Shown piece by piece: positions 11,261-23,654 of a DNA stretch of 64,000 nucleotides. The translations under genes were made by a program, and so were the position numbers. The DNA comes from Octopus sinensis (taxonomy: Eukaryota), in the NCBI RefSeq assembly GCF_006345805.1, contig NC_043010.1:8866001-8930000 (forward strand), read 5' to 3'. The number at the start of each line of letters is the position of its first letter. Position 1 is the stretch's first letter. The notes beneath the pieces are model-generated. The model searched no databases. It had not been told where the DNA came from and saw only the letters and a list, made by a program, of their open reading frames with translations.

Positions 11261-12160
11261 GCATAAATACACACACACACATACATACATACATACACAC
11301 ACATACACACACATACACACACACACACACGCATAAATACACACACACACACACACACACCCATGCAAACATTTACAAACATATATATTTAATCCCCAAC
11401 AGATATACATATGCAAGCACAGAGATATAAACCTGAAAATTCGCACACAGACACACAGACACACAATTATATATGAACATATATGTAACACACCTATATA
11501 ATATACTGCACACACACACACACACAACACAATATATATATAGACATATGCCTGCATACATACAGTCATACATACATTCATACATACATAAATACATACA
11601 TACATGCATACATACATACATACATACATACATACATACATACACACACACATACTTACATACATACATACATACACACACACATGCATACATACATGCA
11701 TACATACATACATACATACACACATACATACATACACACACACATACATACATACATACATACATACACACACACATACATACATACATACATACATACA
11801 TACATACACACACACATACATACATACATACATACACAGGAAATACATCATACACATATACACATTAATACATTTATATAAGCAAAGCACAAACACACTC
11901 ACGTGCACACACACACCTACACACATACACACACATACACACACATACACACACACACGCATAAATACACACACACACACACACACCCATGCAAACATTT
12001 ACAAACATATATATTTAATCCCCAACAGATATACATATGCAAGCACAGAGATATAAACCTGAAAATTCGCACACAGACACACAGACACACAATTATATAT
12101 GAACATATATGTAACACACCTATATAATATACTGCACACACACACACACACACACGCATG
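10490..12160. repeat. Compound (TA)/(TACA)/(CA) microsatellite field with higher-order duplications
   Basis: Unique block CCATGCAAACATTTAC..ATACTGCAC at about 11361 and 11987; block GACATATGCCTGCATAC at about 10847, 11154 and 11543. Confidence 0.9.
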
Positions 12161-12489
12161 CACACACGCACATGCGCGTGGATGCATGCAGACAAGTTCA
12201 GCGATCGACAATTGCACACACACACACACTCACAGAAGAAAAACTTTGCCACTGTTAAAGGGGTTTGTGTTACAAAGAGTCAAATGCTTGCTGCTGTTAT
12301 GTGTCACAGCAGTCAGTGTCTGGAGAGAAGGCTTTATTTTTCTCCCCCACCTTGCAGTATTTCTAGTAATTTCTTCATGCTAAGCTGCACAGGAGTTTCT
12401 TTCTTTCTTTCTTCCTTCCTTTCTTTCTTTCTTTCTTTGTCTGTCTGTCTGTTTGTCTGTCTCTCTCTCTCTCTCTCTCCCCTCTGTGT

Positions 12490-12685
12490 GAAAAGCACCC
12501 ATGCTGGCCCCATGTGAAAAAACCCTCAGTACACTCTGTAAAGTGGTTGTCATTATGAAGGGCATCCAGCCATAGAAACCAAACCAAAAACAGCTGACTG
12601 GGGCCTGGTACAGCCCTCCAACCATGCCAGCATGGAAAACAGACATTAAATGATGATGATGATGATGATGATGATGATCATGATG
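12490..12685 (+). mobile_element. RTE-type/family D 3' tail
   Basis: GAAGGGCATCCAGCCATAGAAACC...GACATTAAA(TGA)n. Confidence 0.75.
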
Positions 12686-12729
12686 ACACACACACACACA
12701 CACACACATACAAGTACATATACATATAT

Positions 12730-12897
12730 GGGTGCAGGCGCAACTGTGTAGTAAGAAGCTTGCTTCCAACCACATGGTTCTGGGTTCAGTCCCACAGCTT
12801 GGCACACTAGGCAAGTGTCTTCTACTATAGCCTTGGGTCGACCAAAGCCTTGTGAGTGGATTTGGTAGACAGAAATTCAAAGAAGCCAGTTATATAT

Positions 12898-12938
<41 letters not shown>

Positions 12939-13155
12939 TGTCTGTTTGTCCACGCTACATTGCTTGACAACCGATGTCGGTGTGTTTACATCCCTGTAAT
13001 TTAGCTGTTCAGCAAAAGAGGCTGATAGGATAAGTACTAGGCATACAAGAATAAGTTTTGGAGTTGATTTCTTCAACTCAAAAAAAACCCCTTTAAGGCA
13101 GTGCTCCAGCAAGGCCACAGTCAAATGACTGAAACAAGTAAAACAAATAAAAGAA
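12730..13155 (+). mobile_element. SINE family B (diverged)
   Basis: Head, internal (TG)n, tail AAATGACTGAAACAAGTAAAA. Confidence 0.85.
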
Positions 13156-13164
13156 TATATGGGT

Positions 13165-13480
13165 AGAGCCCTAGTACAGGGGTCTCTGGGTTTTGAGGAG
13201 TGTGGAACCACCTCTCAACTACTATTTGTTTCCAGGTCTATACTGACCCAGAGTAATTGCCCTTTTTAGGGTCCTGGCTATAGGTTAACATGCCTGATTA
13301 TATGGATGGTTATGATTTTACTTAGCTCGTCATGTCTTCTCAAGCACAGCAAACTGCCAGAAGTCTTGGTCCCTTGTGAACTCCTCTATGAGGCCCAGCA
13401 TCTGAAGATCCTTTTTCATCACCATGTACTATGTGTTCCTAAGCCTATCCCTTCCACAGGTTCCCTCCACAATTAGAGTG
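13165..13480 (-). mobile_element. RTE-clade LINE 3' fragment
   Basis: Minus strand reads TLIVEGTCGRDRLRNT*YMVMKKDLQMLGLIEEFTRDQDFWQFAVLEKT. Confidence 0.75.
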
Positions 13481-13599
13481 TAAAATAAAAAAAATCATAT
13501 TGATAAAACTTGTCTCCAAATTGTTATAGCTGTCCCCCAGAGATAACAATATCACAGTGAAAGAACTCAATAAACATGCAGAAGTACAATAACCTATAT

Positions 13600-13771
13600 A
13601 GGCGCAGGAGTGGCTGTGTGGTAAGTAACTTGCTAACCAACCACATGGTTCCAGGTTCAGTCCCACTGCGTGGCACCTTGGGCAAGTGTCTTCTGCTATA
13701 GCCCCGGGCCGACCAATGCCTTGTGAGTGGATTTGGTAGACAGAAACTGAAAGAAGCCTGTCGTATATATG

Positions 13772-13808
<37 letters not shown>

Positions 13809-14025
13809 TTGTGTGTCTGTGTTTGTCCCCCTAGCATTGCTTGACAACCGATGCTGGTGTGTTTACGTCCCCATAACTTAGTGGTTCGGCAAAACAGACC
13901 GATAGAATAAGTACTGGGCTCACAAAGAATAAGTCCCGGGGTCGATTTGCTCGACTAATGGCGGTGCTCCAGCATGGCCGCTATCAAATAACTGAAACAA
14001 GTAAAAGAGTAAAAGAGTAAAGAGT
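13600..14025 (+). mobile_element. SINE family B, full length
   Basis: AGGCGCAGGAGTGGCTGTGTGGTAAG..GGTTCAGTCCCA..; internal microsatellite; (GTAAAAGA)n tail. Confidence 0.92.
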
Positions 14026-14104
14026 ATCTGTTTGCATTGGGACTGTGAAAGGAGCCAAAAAGATTCATTGACATGATTATCAGGAAAACCAAGCTTAAAG
14101 ATCA

Positions 14105-14860
14105 TAAAATATATTTGCCAACTAAATGTGGCAGTCCCATAGAGGACGAAGTTACTGTTGTTTTTAGCCTCAGGAAGACATACCATCCAGCTGGCTAATG
14201 ACACACTGTGTCCGATTGGTACTTGCAAGGGGAGGTCACCGCTCCCATCTCTGGCTTTACGTGATACACACGCACTCAGGTTTCTGGATAGTTACCTGTC
14301 TTCAGTGTGTGATAATCACCAGCTAGTGACAGAAACTCATTCCACTTGAAAAATACTACGCTTTTTCCAGCAGCAAATTGTCGCTGATCTTAAAAATGGA
14401 GAAATAAGCTATATCAAATCTCTGAGCGAGAGGTAAACAGTAACAGTATGGAATTGTAAAATATATTTGCCGACTAAATGTGGCAGTCCCATAGAGGACG
14501 AAGTTACTGTTGTTTTTAGCCTCAGGAAGACATACCATCCAGCTGGCTAATGACACACTGTGTCCGATTGGTACTTGCAAGGGGAGGTCACCATTCCCAT
14601 CTCTGGCTTTACGTGATACACACGCACTCGGGTTTCTGAGTAGTTACCTGTCTTCAGTGTGTGATAATCACCAGCTAGTGACAGAAACTCATTCCACTTG
14701 AAAAATACTACGCTTTTTCCAGCAGCAAATTGTCGCTGATCTTAAAAATGGAGAAATAAGCTATATCAAATCTCTGAGCGAGAGGTAAACAGTAACAGTA
14801 TGGAATTGTAAAATATATTTGCCAACTAAATGTGGCAGTCCCATAGAGGACGATGTTACT
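14105..14860 (+). repeat. Tandem repeat, 352-bp unit x about 2.15, highly structured
   Basis: ATATTTGCC begins at 14111, 14463 and 14815; 6 substitutions between the two full copies. Confidence 0.95.
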
Positions 14861-15139
14861 ACTTATAGAAATACTGAAAAATAATCTCTTTAAATTCCAT
14901 GGTTTATGGGATTGTTATCGAGCACTCTAATGTACATGTGCATAGGCACCTCAGAAATAACTCTTCTGAAGAAAGAAAACAGTAAGAGGATCCACCCTAC
15001 AAGGAAGAGGGCCCAAAAGCAGTTTTGTTCTGCGATCCTACTTACAAGGGCTTGTGCTGCAGCCCTGAAAGCTGTAAGGGGATATGGCATTATTTTTCAG
15101 TGATTCATTAGATCATAGTTCTAATACCTCATCTCTTTT

Positions 15140-15500
15140 TTTTTACTTGTTTCAGTCATTTGATTGTGGCCATGCAGGAGCACCACCTTTAGTCAAGCTA
15201 ATCGACCCCAGGACTTGTTCTTTGTAAGCCTAGTATTTATTCCATCGGTTTCTTTTGCCGAACTACTAAGTTACAGGGACGTAAACACACCAGCATCGGT
15301 TGTCGAGTGATGTTGGGGGACAAACACAAACACACACACACACATATATATGATGGGCTTCTTTCAGTTTCCGTCTACCAAATCCACTCAGAGGGCTTTT
15401 GTCAGCCTGAGGCTATAGTAAAGACACTTGCCCAAGGTGCCACACAGTGGTACTGAACCCAGAACCATGGGGTTCGTAAGCAAGCTACTTACCACACAGC
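15140..15500 (-). mobile_element. SINE family B
   Basis: Homology to family B. Confidence 0.85.
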
Positions 15501-15684
15501 CGGATCTTAAATGCTCACAAAGATGAAGCATTTATGAAATGTTCATGAGATGAGAGACATGGAAAGACAGACACCATTTTTCTCAACCATTTTTTATACC
15601 TTTGCTTCTCATTTTACTGGGATTCACCCTCCTAACCATTTAATGTTAAAAATATCCTATTCTATTTTTTCTTAAATAAAAAAA

Positions 15685-16080
15685 TCTTTATATATAAAAG
15701 TAAGGTGGTGTGCTGTCTGTCTCCTACGATTTAGATTCCTAACTACTCCCACATTTTGCGGTGCAGTTTAACCAAAAGCGGGTATCTTATATTCGTGAAT
15801 CATATCGAGCCCTTCTGGGTATTAGCGCACGTCTACGATGAGTCTACGACTTAAAAAAAAATTTACCATCAACTTTTCCCATTTTTAATGCATTTTTGGC
15901 ATATATAAGGGAAGTAACTCTCTAAAAATTTATTATTAAATCTCAGAACGTAAAAAGCTACAGTAACCCTCCCCCTTTGTGGTTAGCCATATTGAGATGG
16001 CTATTATACTTTACATCTCTAAAAATGCTTATATAGTTATTTCCCTTAGAAACCCGAGCAACGCCGGGCGATACTGCTAG
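15685..16080 (+). mobile_element. Non-autonomous Helitron
   Basis: 5' A|TCTTTATATATAAAA; 3' GC-rich hairpin CCCGAGCAACGCCGGG then CTAG|T; no TSD. Confidence 0.85.
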
Positions 16081-16457
16081 TAATTACTAAAACATTTTAT
16101 ATATTGTAGAAATGAAGTCAATTTATTGCAGAAAAATTCCAACAAAATCTTATATGGACCCTTCTTCAGAACCAGATGCTGTAGAAAATTACTCTTCTTT
16201 CTAGCTGCAAGCAAGGCTGTGTAATTAAGGATTTATAACTGTTGTAATTCTTGGTTCAATCCCACTGCACAGCACATATGTGATTGCTTGCCCTGGATAC
16301 GAATTGCAGCAAGAATCTCCCTCAAACTGCACTTTGCTGTTTGTGATCTTAAAATAAAGAAAGGTCACAATGGATGAATGGTAGTCCAAGACAAACCATT
16401 TCGAATGGACGAGTGTCACATCCGGTAAACCTCAGATCTTAGGTCTACAGAGCAGGG

Positions 16458-16518
16458 ACTGCTACTACTACTACTACTACTACTACTACTATGACTACTA
16501 TTACTACTGCTGCTGCTG

Positions 16519-16549
<31 letters not shown>

Positions 16550-16582
16550 GACTACTATTACTACTGCTGCTGCTGCTGCTGC

Positions 16583-16613
<31 letters not shown>

Positions 16614-17257
16614 GCCACCACAACCTCCACCACCACCACCACCACCACAACCACCATCACCACCACCGCCACCACCACCACCACCACTACTACTGCAACC
16701 ATCACCACCACCACCATCACCACTACCACCACCACCACCACCACTACTACTGCAACCATCATCACCACCACCACCACACTGCAACCATTACCACCCCCAC
16801 CCCCCACCACCACCACTGCAACCATCACCACTGCAACCACCACCACCACCACCACCACTGCAACCACAACCATCACCAATGCAACCACATCACCATCGCT
16901 GCAACCACCACCACTACTGCGACCACTGCTGGTACCACTGCTTGTACTGCTGCTGCAGTTAAGGCTGCCATGGTTACTGCTGCTTCATCTGCCACCAAAA
17001 CTGATTCTAAAATGTGGTTCCTTTCACAACTGCTTCTGCTGCTATCACTACCATAACTACTACTACTACTAATACTACTACTACATTTGTGACCATGGTT
17101 ACTGCAGTAGTACACACTGCAGACCCAGACGCTGTAGCTGCTGCTACCACCACCACCACCACCACCACAACTACTACTACTACTATAGCCACCATCTTCT
17201 ACTGCTGCTGCTGCCACTACTACTACTGCTACTACTACTGCAACTACTACTACTGCA

Positions 17258-17293
<36 letters not shown>

Positions 17294-17385
17294 GCCACCA
17301 TCCTCTACTGCTACTGTTGCTACTACTACTACTACTACCACTACCACTACCACTACTACTACTACTACTACTACTTCTGCTGCAA
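16458..17385. repeat. Compound (CTA)/(CCA)/(CTG) trinucleotide microsatellite
   Basis: Seen directly. Confidence 0.95.
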
Positions 17386-17480
17386 CAGTAGCCCGTTGCT
17401 GTGGTTACTCACAACGTAGCTTCTACTGCTGTGGTTGTTACTCACACTGCTTGGTGATGCAGCAGCCCAGCTTCCTCCTC

Positions 17481-17529
<49 letters not shown>

Positions 17530-17884
17530 ACATCTTCCACCACAATGTTGGACCTCCGACAGAATCCTTAGAATGTTGACCAATCATGCCATGCCGTGTT
17601 TAGGTTCAGAGCCTCATCGTTTTGAGTTCAAATCCTGCCAAGGCTGAATCGATAAATTACCTTTTTTTGAATCCAGAAACAAAGGTATGAAATTGTGAGG
17701 GGAGGAGAAGGGGGGGAAGGGAGCGGGGGTGGTCAGTTGATTAAACAGACCCCCTTCACCCCAGTATATGACTGGTGCTTTATTTTATTGAGCCAGGAAA
17801 AGACGAAAGGCAAAGTGAACCAAGGTAGAATTTGAACTCAGAACGCAAAAGACGGACGAAATGCCACTAAGCGAACGGTGATTC

Positions 17885-18246
17885 TGCTGTAGCTGCTACA
17901 ATTGCTACTACTACTACTACTACTACTAGTACTACTAATGCAATTACTACTAGTACTACTACAGTACCAACTACTACTACTACTACTGCTGCTGCTGCAA
18001 CTACTACAGCTACTACTACAGCATCTACTACTACTACTACTACTAGTACTACTACTGCAATTACTACTAGTACTACTACAGCTACTACTACAGCACCAAC
18101 TACTACTACTACTACTACTACTACTGCTGCTGCTGCTACTACTACTACTACTACTTCTACTACTACTACTACTACTAGTACTACTACAACTACTACTACA
18201 GCAGCATCAACTGCTACTAGTACTACTACTGCAACTATTACAGCCT

Positions 18247-18285
<39 letters not shown>

Positions 18286-18302
18286 TTATCACCACCACCA
18301 CC

Positions 18303-18333
<31 letters not shown>

Positions 18334-18350
18334 TTATTATCACCACCACC

Positions 18351-18420
<70 letters not shown>

Positions 18421-18443
18421 TTATCACCACCACCACCACCACC

Positions 18444-18510
<67 letters not shown>

Positions 18511-18525
18511 ACTACTACTACTACT
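17885..18525. repeat. Compound (CTA)/(CCA) microsatellite
   Basis: Seen directly. Confidence 0.95.
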
Positions 18526-19000
18526 GTTGGTGTCCTTTCGTCCTGTAGAAGTACCCAAGTGCAATAAGCATCTTCAGCGACTGAAGGTTTCTCTATGATC
18601 ACAGTATTTGATATCGGTTCCATATTTTGGCACAAGGCCAGCCAGCAATCTCGGGGAGGGACTAAGTTGATTACATCGACCCCCAGTGCATAACTGATAC
18701 TTATTTTCTCAACCCTGAAAGGATGAAAGGCAAAGGCGACCCCGGCAGAATTTGAACTCAGGACATGAGGACATTCAAACGGTATTTAATCCTGAACTGT
18801 GATTTGATCCTGGGCCATTTTCATTATTTGCAGAGACCTCATACTGTTGCTGTTATTTATCCCTAGTCAATTCTGCTTCAGTAGATCTAAGATCAAAAAC
18901 ATTCCAGCCATGACCATCCACACTTTTGTTTTCGTTTACTTTTTAAGCAGCTCACTTTGCAACCATGTGACCTTGGGTTCAATCCCATTGCATTGCACCT

Positions 19001-19597
19001 GGTTGTGGCGGTGTTGGTGGTGGGGCTGCTATGATAAGTGGTGATGTATCAGAGACATGTTAAAACATTATGACCACAGCCCCACCAAAAAAAAAAAAAA
19101 AAATTAACGTTTTTTTCGATTAGAGTTGACTTCGGCTAAACACCAATAAGAATACAAAAAAAATATGTTTTAAATAAACGAAACGATTCTCTACTAAAAT
19201 TACGATATCTCTTTACTCTTTTCAAATTAAATTCCTTCTCAAGATTATACGAATACGAACGCACACACGCACATATACGTTTGCGAGTGCATGTGTGTGT
19301 GTGTCTGAGCGCACACACCTGCGTGTGTGTGTGCAATGTCAACAAGTTGTCTCCCTTAGACCATAAATTATTTCTTTATTTTTTACCTAAGTTTGTAAAG
19401 TTTTCACTTTTAATCTTAATTGCAAATCCAGCCTCTTCATGTTCGTTCGACCTGTTAGAAACTGTAGCCAAATTTCACTTTGAACAAAACTTAATTAATA
19501 AATACAATTATTATTTTATTTATGCCCCCTTTTCAAGCCTAGCCAAGCTCATGGACTCGGTTTCCTAGTTTCTATGGCGTATGTGTTCCTCCCCAGC
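19001..19597 (+). repeat. Local duplication, copy 1 (copy 2 at 21501-22480)
   Basis: Shared unique sequence, e.g. GCTGCTATGATAAGTGGTGATGTATCAGAGACAT and AAATTACGATATCTCTTTACTC. Confidence 0.85.
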
Positions 19598-19791
19598 TGG
19601 ACGGGGTGCCAGTCCATCGCAGCGTTAGAAAGAGTGAGAGAAAGTTGGGGCGAAAGAGTACAACAGGGGTTGCCACCATCCTCTGACGGAGCCTCGTGAA
19701 GCTTGTAGGTGTTTTCGCTCAATAAACACACACAACGCCCGACCTGGGAATCGAGTCCGCTGCCCTAACCACTGGGCCATTGCTGCCTCCA
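19515..19791 (-). mobile_element. SINE family C (tRNA-Arg-like head, octopus OR-type) with tail Y
   Basis: Minus strand GGAGGC..AATGGCCCAGTGGTTAGGGCAGCGGACTCG; tail ..CCATGAGC..GGCTTGAAAAGGGG. Confidence 0.8.
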
Positions 19792-19854
19792 GTATAAATA
19801 CATAAATAAGTGATATATTAGACTGCCTTGCATGTTCGAAGTCTAGATTATAAA

Positions 19855-20022
19855 CAAATCGACCTCAGGACTTATTCTTAGTATTGTAAGCGCCTAGCAC
19901 TTATTCTATCGTTTATTTTGCCGAACCGCTAAGTTACGGAGACGTAAACTCCCCACCATCGGTTGTCAAGTGATGTTGGAGGGGGGGTACAAACACAGAC
20001 ACACAAACACACAGACACACAA

Positions 20023-20055
<33 letters not shown>

Positions 20056-20233
20056 CATATATACGACAGGCTTCTTTCAGTTTCCGTCTACCAAATCCAC
20101 TCACAAGGCTTTGGTCAGCCCAAAGCTATAGTAGAAGACGAAGACACTTGCCCAAGGTGCCAAGCAGTGGGACTGAACCCGGAACCATGTGGATCGTAAG
20201 CAAGCTACTTACCACACAGCCACTCCTGAGCCT
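19855..20233 (-). mobile_element. SINE family B
   Basis: Homology to family B. Confidence 0.85.
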
Positions 20234-20544
20234 ATGAGATGCGGCTTAGCGGCATTTCAGCTGTCTTTGTGTTCTGAGTTCAAATTCTGTCAAAGTTGAC
20301 TTTGCCGTTTTATCCTTCTGGGGATAATAAAATAAGTACCAGTTGAGAACTGGGGTTCATGAAATCGACCTTCCCCTTCCCCCAAAATTGCTGGCCTTGT
20401 GCCAAAATTCGAAACTAATATATCCTCATATATCTTTCTATTTAAAATGACAGGGTGCGATTTGAGGGAGAGTTGTCTGCTATTTATAGCAGAGCAAGTG
20501 GCTACATTAAAGATTGCCTTGACTGGTGTTGATACTGTTGCTGT

Positions 20545-20928
20545 TGAGCGTAGCGGTCTTTGTCCCAGAGCTCGCAAGATCGCGCCTCTGTAGTGGGAGA
20601 AGTCCGAAACGTGGTCCTTTGCTATTCATAAGACCCGCAGAAGAGAAAGCAGGTCAACCCCCCGACACCGAGAGCATCGACGGATGGATGAATGCGCATC
20701 CAGGCTCAGCGGTTGCGTAGGAAGTCGGGGACAAGAAGCGGGAAGAAAGAGTGAGAGAAAGTTGGAGAGAAAGAGTACAACAGGGGTCGGCGCCATCCCC
20801 TGCTGGAGCCTTGTGGAGCTTTAGCTGTTTTCGCTCAATAAACACACACAACACCCGGTCTGGGAATCGAAACAGCGATCCTCCGACCGCGAGTCTGCTG
20901 CCCTAACCACTGGGCCATTGCGCCTCCA
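20545..20928 (-). mobile_element. SINE family C head with a distinct GC-rich tail
   Basis: Head as at 27963; 3' part unlike the other family C copies. Confidence 0.7.
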
Positions 20929-21002
20929 CTTGTCGTTGCTGTTGATGATGATGTTCTCGTATTTAGTGTTGTTAGTGGTGGTCGTGGTGGTATTGCTGGT
21001 AG

Positions 21003-21427
21003 GGCGATCTTTCGTCTCTAGTAGACCTCTCCGTCGATTTCCGTAAAATAGTTTTTTTCTTTACATATGGGCTTGCGGGAACTTTTGAAGTAATATACAT
21101 ACATATACACATACACCGAGTAAAAAATTTCAGTTATCTCTTTCTTTCACACATTACTCTGTCTCTTCACACATACTAACAGAAGCACTTCACTTACACA
21201 ACATACTGTCCGTCTCCCACACCCCATCAAACACACACACACACACACATGTATATCAATGCTTCCCCTGGACGGTAACTTCAAAAGAATTTCCCTCGTC
21301 ATACAATCGCTTTCTCTTAGTCTCTTTCGCTCTCATTACTTCAAAAGTTCCCGCAAGCCCATGTGTAAAAAAAAAAAATTTTTTTACGGAAATCGACGGA
21401 AAGGTCTACTAGAGACGAAAGATCGCC
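21003..21427. mobile_element. MITE with about 90-bp TIRs and 8-bp TSD (Merlin-like)
   Basis: TIR GGCGATCTTTCGTCTCTAGTAGACCT../..AGGTCTACTAGAGACGAAAGATCGCC; TSD GCTGGTAG at 20995-21002 and 21428-21435. Confidence 0.9.
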
Positions 21428-21681
21428 GCTGGTAGTGTTATTGACTGTTGTGTTGGGCGGCGGTGGTGTTTGTCATGGCATTATTACTGTTACTGATGCT
21501 GGTTGTGGCGATGTTGGTGGTGCTGGTGATGGGGTTGCTGCTGCTATGATAAGTGGTGATGTATCAGAGACATTTATCAACATTCTGACCACGGCCCCCA
21601 CCAAAAAAAAAATAATAAATAATAATAATAAATTAACGTTTTCTCGATTAGAGTTGACTTCGGCGACACACCAATAAGAAT

Positions 21682-21945
21682 ACAAATGTAAATAAACCCA
21701 ATCTGTTTCTTAAACGAGGGACATATTCATACAGCACGGAATGTTGTTTACCTAAATGGACTCCAGCGATTGGTTAAAATTGCCGAATTGCTCGAAATTT
21801 CAGACGAAATATCTTACAACCTATTGAATTTTCTGAATAAAGCCAAGAGAAAAAGATGTTTTATAAACACATTCTGCCAGTATTGGAAGTTTAAAAGTGT
21901 TTAGGTTAACTAGAAATTATGTTACAAAGTGCCGTTCAAACAAAA
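21682..21945 (-). mobile_element. Fragment of the MITE family at 27272-27686
   Basis: Reverse complement of about 27278-27540. Confidence 0.8.
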
Positions 21946-22479
21946 ATTACGATATCTCTTTACTCTTTCAAAATTAAATTCCTTCTCAAGATTACGCGAA
22001 CATGAACGCACACACGCACACAACGCACACACGCACACAACGCACACACGCACACAACGCACACAACGCACACAACGCACACACGCACACAACGCACACA
22101 CGCACACAACGCACACACGCACACAACGCACACACGCACACAACGCACACACGCACACACGCACATATACGCTTGCGAGTGCACGTGCGTGTGTGTCTGA
22201 GCGCACACACTTACGTGTGTGCAATGACAACAAGTTGTCTCCCTTAGACCATAGATTATTTATTTTTTACCATAAGTTTGTAAAGTTTTCTTTTAATCTT
22301 AATTGCAAATCCAGCCTCTTCATGTTCGTTTGACCTGTTAGAAACTGTAGCCAAATTTCACTTTGAACAAAACTTGATTAATAAATGCATTTATTTTTTT
22401 TATGCGCCCTTTTCAAACCTAGCAAGGCTCATGGACCCGGTTTCCTGGTTTCTATGACGTATGTGTTCCCCCCCTCAGC

Positions 22480-22779
22480 TACATTTTGTATTATGTAGCT
22501 TGTTCTCTTTAAGTGAACTGCAAAAAGGCGACACAGCAGTCAAAAAATCGTAATAAATAGGGATTTTCATAGAAAAAGGCACCTTTTTGATGTAAATAAG
22601 TTTTGGTCTTAACATGGTCCGATTTCAATTTTATCTTCAACGGAACGAAGAGCAAGCCTTCTTCTATCATACTCTCAATTTTGGTCAACTTGTGCCGCAG
22701 GGTCTCGGAGGAGATAGTGTTAGTTGAAGGCTACCAAACCTGCCATACACAGACAACTTCAGCTATATATATATAGAGA
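22480..22779 (-). mobile_element. Helitron-like 5' fragment
   Basis: Minus strand begins A|TCTCTATATATATATAGCTGAAGTTGTCTGTG, a typical Helitron 5' end; 3' end not seen. Confidence 0.55.
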
Positions 22780-22816
22780 TATGTATATATATATATATTT
22801 GTAGATATATATATAT

Positions 22817-23212
22817 ACTCTTTTACTTGTTTCAGTCATTTGATTGCGGCCATGCTGGAGCACCGCCTTTAGTTGAGGAAATCAACCCCAGGACTTATTC
22901 TTTGTAAGCCTAGTACTTACTCTATCGGTCTCTTTTGCAGAACCGTTAAGTTACGGGGACATAAACACACCACCATCGGTTGTCAAGCGATGTTGGGGGA
23001 AAAACACAGACACACAAACACACATACATATATATATATACATATATACGACAGACTTCTTTCAGTTTTCCTCTACCAAATCCACTCACAAGGCTTTGGT
23101 CGGGCCGAGTCTATAGCAGAAGACACTTGCCCAAGATGCCACGCAGTGGGACTGAACCCGGAACCATGTGGTTGGTTAGCAAGCTACTTACCACACAGCC
23201 ACTCCTGCACCT
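22817..23212 (-). mobile_element. SINE family B
   Basis: Homology to family B. Confidence 0.9.
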
Positions 23213-23654
23213 ATATATATATATATATATGTAAAATCCTTTCTGCTAAAGGCACAAGGCCTGATATTTGGCAGGTGGGGACTAGCTGATTAAATTGAGC
23301 TCCGTGTTTCATTGGCATTCAACTTATCGACCCCAGAAGGATGGAAAGGTAAAACTTGACCATGGCGGAATTTGAACTCAGAACACAGTGACGGGCAAAA
23401 TACCTGCTAAGCATTTTCGTCCGGCGCCCTAACAATTTTCTGTCTGCTCCACACCTTTGTGTGTGAGTGTGTGCGTGTGTAATAAGAAGTGAAAGAGATT
23501 AATAAAATCAGACAGGTAAAGCACTCAGTGTTAAACGAATTTGGTTTACTATATCAAACAATCAGACACCAATAAATACCGAAAAAAACAAAAATTAACA
23601 TCTAAGATAATATAAGTAATATCGCTTAGAGGAATTTCAACAAATTCAGAGTAT

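Noticed and set aside
14265-14312. Minus-strand CTGAAGA...GAAA hammerhead in the 352-bp unit
   Set aside because: No stem II, G at the cleavage position, and the substitutions favour the plus-strand fold.
18525-18595. Minus-strand CTGAAGA..GAAA
   Set aside because: Stem II does not end at GAAA and there is no UH or stem I; it is just a short CTTCAG/CTGAAG hairpin.
16416-18635. Poly-V/T/L/S/G ORFs resembling mucins or membrane proteins
   Set aside because: Trinucleotide microsatellites open in several frames on both strands; the same applies to 35359-35820, 38417-38852 and 43417-43823.
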